A stretch of 57,574 bases of DNA, filler included, from Bipalium vagum (Eukaryota): NCBI GenBank assembly GCA_037834085.1. It is 3 parts of 3 records of this genome, joined end to end, with 100 filler letters (N's around TTAATTAATTAA, not from the genome) between each part and the next. Parts side by side here need not be neighbours in the genome. Positions count along the whole stretch, not along the records: positions 15,863 to 32,982 come from JBBMKC010077885.1; positions 33,083 to 57,574 come from JBBMKC010200608.1; 1 more part is not named here. One strand, given 5' to 3'. Positions within the stretch are counted from its first letter, which is position 1, and each line of letters starts with the position of its first letter. Positions 21,807 to 33,799 of the stretch are shown here, piece after piece. The position numbers were made by a program, and so were the translations under genes. Under the pieces are notes generated by a model, which saw only the letters and a program-made list of their open reading frames with translations, was not told the DNA's origin and ran no database searches.

Positions 21807-24800
21807 TTATTGATCTGCGATCAGTACGGGATCTTCATTCTTGTCGTCGACTTTTTCGTCATTTGTCACACAAACCGCAGCCTGATCTGATTCTTGTTGG
21901 GATTCGGTTTTGTCATTGATAACTTCTGTATCACTGGAAATGATCGTAACGGTCTCGGTTTCCTGTTGGACAACAAGTTCTGAAGTTGTGATTAGCGTTT
22001 TTGTTTCATCTTCCGTGAGTTGTTCAGAAACGACAATAATTTCCTTCTTTTCCTCAGATTTATCATCTTTATCTGGTACTGTGGACTCGGTTTCTTTTTC
22101 ATCATTTGTGTTTGACTCAAATCCGGAAACAACGATTTCACTTTCCGTTTTATTTTCTTCTTGTATAATGGAAACTTTGGTTTCCGTTTCCTCTGCTACT
22201 TTGACTGTGATTGATAGACTTTCATCTGTAGACTGTTCTTTAATAGTCTGATCATGTATAACACTTGAAGCTTCAACTTCTTCTTGTACCGCATATTCCG
22301 ATTCATTGATACTGATAACCGTTTCTTCCTTGATCTCTTGTGATATAACAACTGTCATTTCAGTTTGTGAGGATTCAACTTCCTCTTTTACCATATTATC
22401 AGTATCTTTATTAGCAAAATGAGCTCCTATCATAATAATAGGATCAGTATTTTCATTTTCTTGCTCCTTCAGCTCTGTAGTAGATGCAATGACTAGGGTT
22501 TCCGATTGTTCATTCAATACATTTACAGAACTAACCTCTTCCTTTCCATCTTGCTCTGAGACTATGACGGTATTGGTTTCGGTTTCCGCTACGATTTCAA
22601 TGCTGGTCTCTAATTCTTGATTTATACATTGTCCGGATACCGTAACTATCACCTCGCCATCCTCTTTTACTAATTGATTTGTCTCTTCCTGTATGATTTT
22701 TGATGAATCCGTAACATCCGTTTCCTTTTCAAAATCTTCATCATATGTGTTGTCTGTCGTTTCAATTCTTTCGATATTAGCTATAGCTATATCTTCATTT
22801 GTATTTTGTTCAGTTAATGATATGGTAGATTCAATGACCTCCGTACTATTCTGCTCTGATATGACAAGCACAGTTTCTACCTTTTCTGATTCAACTACGG
22901 TGGTTTCTACGGTTTCTTCGGCAGTCATTTCACAAGCAGCCACTGTTACTTCTGTTTCTTCCTTATTGTCTTGATCGGATATGATAACTTCCGTTTCTAT
23001 GTTTTCTGACTGAACGACCACAGTTTCCATTTCTTCATTTGTAGAAATTTCATTAACAGTCATTGTGACTTCTATTTGTTCCTTTATCTCTTGTTCTGAT
23101 ATGACCACTTCGCTCTCCAATTTTTCGGATTCAACTACTACGATTTCTGCTTCCTGATTTGCGCTCAATTCTGACATGACTGTGGTTATTTCATGTTCTT
23201 CCTTAACCTCCGTTTCTACCTTTTCTGATTCGATTATTGTTGTTTGTGCTTGTTCATTCGTGGTCAATTCAGAACCAATCATCGTAACTTCAGTTTCTTC
23301 TTTGATTTCTTGATCTGAAATGATAACCTCCGCCTCAACCTTTTCTGAAACAATGACACCAATTTCCATTTCTACATTTGCAGTTATTTCAGAAGCAACC
23401 ATTGTAACTTCAACTTGATCACTTATGTTCACATCTGTTTCCATTTTTTCTGATTCCGTTATTGTAGTTGTCACTTCTTCGTTTGTGGTTAATTCAGAAA
23501 CCACCATTGTAATTTCCGTTTCTTCCTTTATATCTTGATCTACTACAATCACTTCCGTTTCCGTCTTTTCTGAATCAATTGCAACGGTTTCCATTTCTAG
23601 ATTCATATTCGATTCAGAAACCACTGTTGTTACTTCAGTTTCCTTTTCAACATCTTCTGATAAAACAACTTCCGTCTCCATCTTTTCTGTTTCAACAATT
23701 GTAGAGTCTACCTGGTCATTAGTAGTTACCTCTGTTAATATCATTGTAACTTCTGTTTCTTCATTTCGTTCTTCGTTCGATATAATCACTTCCGTTTCCA
23801 CTTTTTCTGTTTCCACAATTACTGTTTCAATCTCCTCCTTTGTATTTACCTCTGATACCTCCATTGTAATTTCTGTTTCTTCCTTTCTTTCTTCTTCTGA
23901 TATAATCACTTCTGTCTCCACCTTTTCTGTTTCAACAATAGTCGTTTCAATTTCTTCTTTAGTTGATTCCTCTGTTACAACCATTGTAATTTCTGTTTCT
24001 TCCTTTCTTTCCTCTTCCGATATTATCACTTCCGACTCCACTTTCTCTGTTTCAACAAGTGTAGAGTCTACCTGATCATTAGTAGTTATTTCTGTTAATA
24101 TCATTGTAACTTCTGTTTCTTTATTTCTTTCTTCTTCAGTTATAATCACGTCCGTTTCCACCTTTTCTGTTTCAACAATAGTAGTTTCCACCTCTTCGTT
24201 AGGAATCACCTCTGCTACGACCATTGTGACTTCTGTTTCTTCTTTTCTTTCTTCTTCCGATATAATCACTTCCGACGTTACTTTCTCTGTTTCAACAATT
24301 GTAGAATCTACCTGATCAGTAGTAGTTACCTCTGTTAATACCATTGTAACTTCTGTTTCTTCCTTTCGCTCATTGTCCGATATATTCACTTCCATCTCCA
24401 CTTTTTCCGATTCAACAATAGTAGTTTCAACTTCTTCGTTCGTTGATCCTTCTGCTACAATCATTGTAACTTCTGTTTCTTCTTTTCTTTCATGCTCCGT
24501 TATGCTCACTTCCGTCTCCACGTTTTCTGACTCAATTATTGTAGTTTTCACCTCTTCAGATACTACCATTGTTATTTCTGTATCTTCCTTTTGTTCTTGA
24601 TCTGTTATAATCCTTTCCGTCTCCACTGTTTCCATTTCAACAATTGTAGTTTCCATCTCTTCATTTGTAGCTACATCTGCTATTACCATTGTAATTTCTG
24701 TTTCTTTCTTTCTTTCTTCTTCCGATATACGCACTTCCGTTTCCACTTTTTCTGTTTCCACAATTACAGTTTCAACTTCCTCATTTTTAGTCACCTCTGA

Positions 24801-27800
24801 TACTTCCATTATAATTTCTATTTCTTCCTTTCTTTCATGTTCCGATATGCTCACTTCCGTCTCCACATTTTCTGACTCAATTATTGTAGTTGTCACTTCT
24901 TCATTTGCGGTTAATTCAGAAACCGCAATTGTTTTTTCCGTTTCTTTCTTTATATCTTGGTCAACTACAATTATTTCCGTTTCGGCCTTTTCTGATTCAA
25001 CTATAACGGTTTCCATTTCTTGATTCATATGTGATTCAGAGACCACTGTTGTTATTTCAGTTTCTCTTTCAACCTCTTTTTCAGAAATGATAACTTCCGT
25101 TTCAACTTTTTCTGTTTCAACAATTGTAGAATCTATCTGATCATTGGTAGTTACCTCTGTTAATACCATTGTAACTTCTGTTTCTTCCTTTCTTTCCGTT
25201 TCCACTTTTTCTGTTTCAACAATTGTAGAGTCTACCTGGTCATTAGTAGTTACCTCTGTTAATACCATTGTAACTTCTGTTTCTTCCTTTCTTTCATGTT
25301 CCGATACGCTCACTTCAGTCTCCACTTTTTCTGATTCAATTACAACTGTTTCTATCTCTTGATTTGTTGTCAGTTCAGATACAACAATGGATTCCTTTGT
25401 TTCTTCTTTCTCAGAAATGATAAGTTCAGTCTCCACTTTTTCTGATTCAACCTCTTGATTTGTAGCCAATTCTGATACTGCCATACTAACTTCTGTTTCT
25501 TCCTTCAATTCTTCTTTTGATATAATTACTTCCGTATCCACTTTTTCTGATTCAATATTAGTAGTTTCCACTTCTTCATTTGTAGTCAATTCAGAAACTA
25601 CCGTGACCACTTCCGTTTTTTCTTTAATATCAGTCTCTGATATAATAACTTCCGTTTCCAATTTTTCCGATTCAACAATTTTCGTTTCCATCTTTTCAGT
25701 TGTAGTTAATTCTGCTACGACCGCCCTAACTTCTGCTTCTTCCTTTACTTCTTGTTCTGATGTTATTACATCCGTTTCCACTTTTTCTATTTCAACAACT
25801 GCAATTTCCTCTTCTTCGTTTGTAGGCATTTCAGAAACTACCATAGTCACTTCCGTTTCCACTTTTTCTGATTCAACTGTGACCGTTTCCAACTCTTTAT
25901 GAGTACTTACTTCAGAAACTGTCGTTGTCACTTCTGTCTCTTTCTTCATCCTGTGATCTGATACAATAACTCCAGTCTCCAATTTTTCAGATTCAGTAAT
26001 AGTTTCTGTTTTTTCTTCTATCGTAGATTTCTCTATTATCTCTTCTTTAATAGTTTCATCAGAAGCACAAACTTCAACTTTTTCATTTACCTCTGTTTCA
26101 TAACCAATCTCTTCAACAACAGTGTGCTCTTTAACATCTTGATACGAGATGACAACTGATGTCACTGCTTCTTCCGATGCAACAACGGTAGTTTCTTCCT
26201 CTACTTCCGTTATTTGTTCGGATCCACTTTCTTTTAACTCACTTTCTTGGATATCTAAATCAGGAGGTATTTCTTCAATGTGTTGATTAGTTATAGGACT
26301 TGGTATAGATTTTATTGAAATTTCTTCCCTATTGATCTCTTCTATTGATGTTATTGTTTCCGTTTTGGTTATATGTACAGTCTCTTGTTCAGACTTAATT
26401 TCCGTTTCATTCGTAACTTTCACTTTTTCATCAGATGATATCATAGTCACATCTTTCTCTTGGTTTTCATCCTCTAATTCAATTGTTGATGTCCTAATAT
26501 CTTTATCCTGACTAAACTCTCTGTCTTCAGTATTGTAAAGTCTCGCACTTATATCAATCTCTTTATTGACAACTTGGTGTTCATCATCATAGAAATCAGA
26601 ATCAGTTTCTTTACTCACTTCGATGGATTTCATTTCTACATTTTCCGATTCCAACTTAGTTTCTTCAATGTTTACGACCTCGACCTTTTCATTGAATGAC
26701 TCCATCTCAATGTCCTTGTTAGACTCTTCGGATATATTTGAAACTGTTAACACTTTCGTATCTCGTACTGAAGAATCATAATGTTTTTCTTGGTTTTCCG
26801 TTTCATAACTGATATCACTGTATTCTTTTTTAATTTCTCTTTTCTCTGTGATCGTCTTTTCTGTTGATATTACTGAATGCTTCGACGTTTCTGTATGTGA
26901 AACCTTTTGGTTTTCATTCACTATGCTCACGTTTCCTTTAGATACCTGTTTATTATTTATACTGACTTCACTTTCCAGTTTTTCTTTTTTCTTCATTGGC
27001 ACATATGAAATTGTAGTATTATCAACATTATCTTCATTATCATCAACCAACAGTGAACTTTTACGTGTACTCTGTACAATATTTATTGATCTCCTGCGAT
27101 ATCGATTTCTTGACATGGTTTCTTTGAATTTCTTCTCCATTTGATCACGGCTTGCATTGTTTTCTTTCTTTAAGCGATATTCAGTTTCTGTTGACTTTCC
27201 TTGTTCTACTTTCTTTTCCACGGGGTAGTCACAACTTAGTAAAACATTTTTGAATTTGAAGTTATTCTCTTGATCATGAGTTTTGTTTGTTTTCTCAAAT
27301 TTATTTGATGGATAGACATCACCATACACCAACGAGTTGTTGCTTGTTTCCTTCTTATAAGTATCATTTATTCTGACAGTTTTATCTTCTTGGTGCACTT
27401 TTCGTTGTTTGTTTTGGCTGTTATCAAATGTCTGAACTGCAGTTACCAAACTCTCTTCTCTTTTCATGGAATTGGAGTTTTTATTTGATTTGAGTTTTCC
27501 AGCACTTTTTGATCTAAGAATAAATAAATAAATAAAATAATATTAATAGATAATGCAATATTCTCTTTCCTATTTATTCTCGTCTAAAATCATTCAACCT
27601 TGGAGATATATTTTCAATAGTGAATATATTCAAAATTAAAAAGAACTTTACAGTTGGAGAAATGTTTAGAAAATATTCATTTTATAAAAATATTAAATAT
27701 TAAAGAAATATACAAATTCTTCACAAATAATATCAACACCATAAAAAATATGCATAAAACAATAGGTATGAATATTTTTCCTAATATTAGAAGTATTAAA

Positions 27801-30031
27801 AACGTTCTAGAAAATAAAATAAAGGCGCATGACAATAAAACTAAATCCAATTAAAAAAGCATAAATAGTATAATTATTCCTATTTACCTTTTATGTCATA
27901 ATAATAATAATAATTCTTTGATTTTTTCGAATCATAAATTAGTCAAATTAATTTTAAATTATATATATTTTAATTATTTTTACTAGTTTTATTAAAACAA
28001 TGATTTCACTAGTAATTGCTTTATTAATTTATTTATTAATTATTTAATAAAATTTTAGTTTAAAGGGGAGTTAAGTTCTTTATTCAAATTTGTGAAAAGC
28101 GGTAATAAATTAAAATATTTATTTCGAATAAAAAATTCAAAATGTTAATAAAAATATTTTTTAATTCATTATTTCACCAATGAAAACAATGCTAGTTAAA
28201 TGAAATATTATTCTATTTATCGTTAAAATATCAGATCATAATATTTTTTCGTGATTTTGAATAATATATATTCATGAATAATAAAACATTTTATTTACAA
28301 ATAATAATGAAAAATCAGTCAATAATGTAATTTCCGTTATTATTTAGGATCTTCTTCCATTTTTTTATTAGTTTGTCGAAACTTTTATTCAAGAAATCGC
28401 TAGATCTCTCAGAAAGAAATTGGTCAACCAATTTTTAAGTTCTACTTTTTCTCAAATGTAATGTCTCTCATTGGTTAGACAGTAAGCGGAAAATAGAAAT
28501 CTATTTTCGCAAATTCTAAAGGTGTTAAAGAATCTCCAAGTCGAGCTCTTTGAATGTGGTTTTGACGATATTTCTTGTGTGCGGTTTCAAATGATCATGC
28601 AGAAAAATGACTTTGGTTCGTTGATCCTGCATCTCTTCTTCATAATATCATTTACTCGCAATTAATTCATATGTATTTGCTTGTCGACTGTCTGGTTTTC
28701 TAGATTATTTTCCATTATATGAAATCATCCAATTCCACCTAATTAGAGATCACGATTTGCTTGGGATGCATTTCTTTTCTAATTCTGGACGTTTCTGTGT
28801 TTCAATTTAGTATAAAAACACCATTTCTTATCTCCCATGTTAAAACTTCATAAAAATTATCATATTTCGCACTTTTTGCAGATTGACTTGTCATCCTTTC
28901 ATTGTTTTCCTGCTTTCAATCAGTAGACCCGTCAAAGTAATCACTTCTTGTCACAAGTAAATGAGTTTGCAAAACTATCGACGATTTCAACAATTTTTAA
29001 ACGAAAGTCTTAAATTATTCCAATCCAATTGATTGTCATTCGATCTGGATCAAAATAACCATGATATAAGAGATTGTCAAATAGTTTTGATTTAATTAAA
29101 GTCCAATTCAGACAATTAGAATGTGAATGATTTCGAGTATTTATTAGAAAACTTCAACTTTCATTTATGAAAAGGAATTATTTTTATGTATGTTCTGTCA
29201 ATCAACTTTCCTCTCCGTTGACCTATAATGAATATTGGTCATTTACTTTTTACCATTTTCCCCTGATTCTTCTTTCCAGGATGCTCAGTAATGATCTGTT
29301 GAAATTTCTTCAAAATTCAACGTTAATTAATGATGATTTTTAATTATAATTTCATTATTGTCATAAGAATAAGGATCAAAACTACCTGAGCTTAAAGTCG
29401 GAATTAGTGATAGCAAATAGAGGAGTTAGTTTTGGAAATTCTGAACGTCATCACTTTATTATTCTTTTCCAAACAATAATTAATTTTACTGCTTCCTGTA
29501 CCCTTTGGGTGTGGTTTCGGACCTGGTCTGGCATTTCCATAGATTTTGGCGAGAGCTAACAAACATTTCCGCTGATTTTCACTGAAGTCCGGATGGATGA
29601 CCGATGGAATTGACGAGAGAATTAATAAATCACCGTGGAGCTGCTTTTCTGACAAAACGTTGGAATGATGTCTTTTCTTCCGCTTTTCTGAATGCTTTGT
29701 TTCTTCAGCGTCTAAATTTGTAAAAAAAATTTTAATTTAATTTTATTTTATTTATTTTTATGACCAATGAGTGCATCATTGTTTCATAATATTTAATAAA
29801 CAATTTTTGCAAACAAAAATATTAAATAAAATTTTTAAAAAGTGATCTGTGTCCATGGAAAGTGAAAAGTGATATAAAAGCTGATCAAAATATATTATCA
29901 ACCTTCAAAATGTTTCGTACTTTTATTTGAAGATGGTTTTGTGAATGCATCGTGTTTTACAAGAGGTGCTCCGTAGGAAGACTTGAATTGATCTCTGGCT
30001 GAGCAGCAATCGTATTTCTTGGAATCTTTTG
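21807..30031 (-). CDS. Giant acidic Glu/Thr/Val/Ile-rich tandem-repeat protein (>2000 aa), 5' incomplete
   Basis: 5.7-kb open exon 21807-27513 (AG at 27514-27515) with phase-consistent upstream exons 29386-29440, 29502-29711 and 29921-30031. No recognised domain. Confidence 0.8.
22850..26010 (-). repeat. Coding minisatellite, 120-bp / 40-aa unit, about 26 copies
   Basis: Unit resembles EETEVTMVLTEVTTNDQVDSTIVETEKVETEVIISEEERK; the 120-nt period is visible in lines 23761, 23881, 24001, 24121, 24241. Confidence 0.92.
28310..29330 (-). mobile_element. mariner relic in intron
   Basis: C-terminus KLIKKWKKILNNNGNYIID* and a degenerate TGDEKW-like motif near 28830. Confidence 0.65.
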
Positions 30032-30306
30032 CTGAAAAATATAAAGACAGGTTTAAATCAATAATAATTGCGGTGCCATATGTATTGTATTTTAATTTAA
30101 CATTATTGTTTTACGCAATTTTTTGTGAATTAAAATTAATAAAATAATGAGAAAAAAATTCCTAGACAGGCTGAGTGAAATTTCTAAGTACAAAAACGAG
30201 GTCATAAAGTTTTATAAAAATAAATGAAAAGGATATAAAATTAAAGGGAATGAAAATAATCAAGATCACAGAAAGCTTGTTTTAGTCTGACAGCTTCAGG
30301 CTATCC

Positions 30307-30584
30307 CAGTGGTTTTCAACCTTTTTGTTGGAGCGGAACCCCACGGAAACATTCTTCTGATTTGAACCACTATGCAATAATATAATTGTTTTATGCAGAA
30401 AACAGTATTCACTCTTTTAAAATGAAATAAAAATATTTAGGTTCAGAGTGTTGCATATGTTTGTTGATGACATGAAAACAAAATAGTACCTGTTTGAATA
30501 GACTAAATTTATTCTCCTCAAGAATTTCGTTGTTCTAATTTAGAAATTTAGAAATGGTTAACCAATCAGCGTTGAAAATCATAA
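30307..30584. mobile_element. hAT (Charlie/Buster-type) non-autonomous element
   Basis: Left end CAGTGGTTTTCAACCTTTTTGTTGGAGCGGAACCCC; degenerate right-end match GTTGAAAATCA near 30571. Confidence 0.6.
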
Positions 30585-31149
30585 CAAAGAAGGACCAACG
30601 TACTACAGACGTATAATAAATAAAGTTGAAACTTCGAAGTCATGTCACAATATTTTTTTATAATTTTAATTTTTTCTTTAAATGCTAAAATAATATTAAT
30701 TATAAAATTATAAAATTTAATACATTTACATAAATATTTTATATTTTATGAATATTATTATTATTAATATTAATTATATTTGTTCAAAAGTCGAATAATA
30801 AATTGAGTGTAAAGATTAAACATCGGAAAAAAAATAATGAATGATTAATAAAAGAAAAATATATATAAATTAAATGTTATAATAACCAATGACAACATTT
30901 GCTCAAAATCCCTTTGTACTTTATTATTTAAATCATTAACCAATTTAATTATTTTAATTAAAGTATTTATTTTAATTGAATTTTACATAAAGCAAAATTT
31001 TCATTAGACATAGAGCCACTTATTAGATTTCTTAAGGCATATTCAAGTGTACGTTCCAGATTTGGTTTCATGAATATAAATGTAATTACAATTAAACGAA
31101 CTTGTGTTAAAATGTGTCTGTATTGAATTTGGTTATTTTAAATATTGAT

Positions 31150-32030
31150 AGTCATTGAAAAAATGTAATATCTATTCCTAAATTCGGCAAATATGGATAC
31201 AAAAAAATTTATGTAGGAAATATTGATTTCCTGATATGATCAAGTATGATCCCTCACAATCACTTCTCGTTATTTTGGCATGCGCATTGTTTATAGCATT
31301 TTCCAGTTCAATATTTGGATTACATGATTTAACAATATTTTTCCATTTAGAAGCATTTCCTCAATAGGAATAAGTTGAGGAGAATATGGAGGTAGAAAAA
31401 GAATTTTGTTTTTTCTCACCAAATAAAATATGCACAATTATCCTTTTTTATTGTCATATCATGAATATTTTTTCTATTTAATTTTAATAATTCAGATATT
31501 AATATCGAATAACACACTCCATCCAAAGAAGACTTTAATTTTATAATATAAATTTCCACTGTCATGCATAGCAGCATTAGACCATTTTGAGGAACAAGTT
31601 TATCCCATTTCGTCATGAGAAATCATCCTATCTTCATTCAGTCTTAAGTAATTATAAAATAATTAATTGAATGTACACCTGATATCAACGTTCTCACTAT
31701 TTCTAATGATCGGAATGAGGTAGTAAGTTTTCAAAGAAAAATTTAATTCTTGTCCGTTCGATTGTGATGAAGATACACTAACAGTCTTAATTTATTTTTT
31801 CTTTTATAAACTTCTTGTTCTTTAATAAGCTACAGGCGTCTTGAACTCCTTGTTATTTTGTTAAAAATTCGTCCTGTCTTCTAAAAAAAGTTAATGATGG
31901 TCATAACAGTCTCTTAATTAATATGTAAATCTTCTGATATTATTTTGCAAGTGTAACCACAAATATATTTATCAATTATCTATTTTTTTATTTCGTCCGT
32001 TAGCTGTTTCTTGTGCCAAACAGAAGACAT
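31150..32030 (-). mobile_element. IS630/Tc1-like (DDE_3) transposase relic
   Basis: FLPPYSPQLIPIEEM at about 31350-31400, DNCA, and FSLK...IP..RN motifs; many stops. Confidence 0.75.
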
Positions 32031-32982
32031 GAACTAGAGAAAGTATAATAATTAAAAATAAAAATAAGAAAAATATTACTACAAGTATTACTTGTATACA
32101 TACTGTAAATAGTACTGTAACGCTGTTTGCAGAATTACATAAATTTTAAATGTAATACTTAAATGATGATTTATTTATGTGAACAAAAGATTCATTTATT
32201 GGAAGAACCCAGTATATTAAAATATATCAAGTAAATATGAAATTGACTAAACCCAAGTGAATCAAAATCGCGAAAAATGTATAAGAAAATAATAGCTTCT
32301 AAATGAACGAAAATACTATCGAATATTTCAGAAAAATACACATGATAAATGAGAAATAAAAGAGAAAGAATGGATTATTTATCAATTTATTTGTCTTTGC
32401 GATTATCTTTATTTATATAATTTTAGTTGAGGTCGAAAAGGATATCTCAAGGCCAAGCGTTTATTTTGATTTTTAATTAAATTTAATGTTTTTTGGTTTT
32501 TTTATATAATAGTAAAAGGATTAATATTTTACTTATAATGAACCTTATAAGAAAAAATCATAATAATAATAAAACCGCCAGGAAGACCACCTATTATTTT
32601 ATTATTAATAAAATCAAATAAAAAAATTTACAACTGAAAATAAATTGTTTTACCTTATTAAATTATATTATATAATTCGATAAATGTGTTAGTCAATATT
32701 TTATTTCGGCTCGTTGTATAAATTCTTAGCATTCTTAATTATCAGTAGTGATATTTTGATAATTTAGCAAATATAGCTTGTTGTATTGTTTTTAATTTTA
32801 TTAAAATCTTTGTAAATTTTAAGTAATTTATTATATTTAATGATAAATAATTAACGATTTATTGATTAAATTAGAATAAATTATTATTAAATATAAACAA
32901 AATTTGAAAAAATATAAAGAGAAAATTAAAAAAATGAAAAAATATAAATTAAGTAGTATGATTAGATTATAAAGTAAATAAT

Positions 32983-33082
32983 NNNNNNNNNNNNNNNNNN
33001 NNNNNNNNNNNNNNNNNNNNNNNNNNTTAATTAATTAANNNNNNNNNNNNNNNNNNNNNNNNNNNNNNNNNNNNNNNNNNNN
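32983..33082. other. Assembly gap linker N44-TTAATTAATTAA-N44
   Basis: Same 100-nt linker as 15763-15862. Confidence 0.97.
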
Positions 33083-33799
33083 TGATTCTGACTATTTTCT
33101 GCCATTGTGATTCTGAGATCACGTCGGATTGCTCACCAGTTGTTAAGTTTTGTGAGAGTGAGGGTTTTTACAACACTGAATTTTTTAAAATGACATTTGT
33201 GAATAGTTTAAAAAATTCATCTTCTTGAACTAAGACCAAAATTATTTAATTTTAATTTAAACTACAACCGATCATACAAACTCTTATTGGAAATCCAGTT
33301 TCAATGACTGAAAACCACCTCGCAATAAAAAATAATTTTAAAAAATTTGAATACAGAATACTAATCTGAAATGAAATTAAAAAATATTACCAAAAAATAA
33401 ATATTAAAATATAACAACTTTATATATAAAATGCTTATTGATTTTTGTCGTGAATTTTCTTTTTACAAATGCAAAAGGTTATTTTCTGCTGGTTATGGTA
33501 TTAAAATGTAACAAAACAAATCAAAGAACAAAACACAGATTGTCTCATCTTGTCGATACGTTTTCACAAGCAATTGGAGATCTTTTCTCATAAAAATTAT
33601 TAAAATAAATATTGCACACATAATAAAAAAACAGAACACACTCATACAGACACAAAAAAGATATATGCAAGCCCATAGACTGGAAAAGTGCCTTAAGCTT
33701 TCCTTCGTCAAATTAAGTCGTTTCCATGACGACTGATTGGTTGAATGAGTGATTTTGTGAGCGAGTGACGGACTGTCTTTCGATTGGCTGCATCTCACA

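Noticed and set aside
22850-26010. Regularly spaced repeats as a CRISPR-like array
   Set aside because: Tandem in-frame coding units with no unique spacers, in a eukaryotic context.
21910-27144. Many + strand S/T/V-rich ORFs
   Set aside because: Antisense shadows of the giant Glu-rich ORF.
33661-33692. Similarity to 38617-38641 (ATATATGC...AGACTG.AAAAGTGC)
   Set aside because: Too short and AT-rich to exclude chance.
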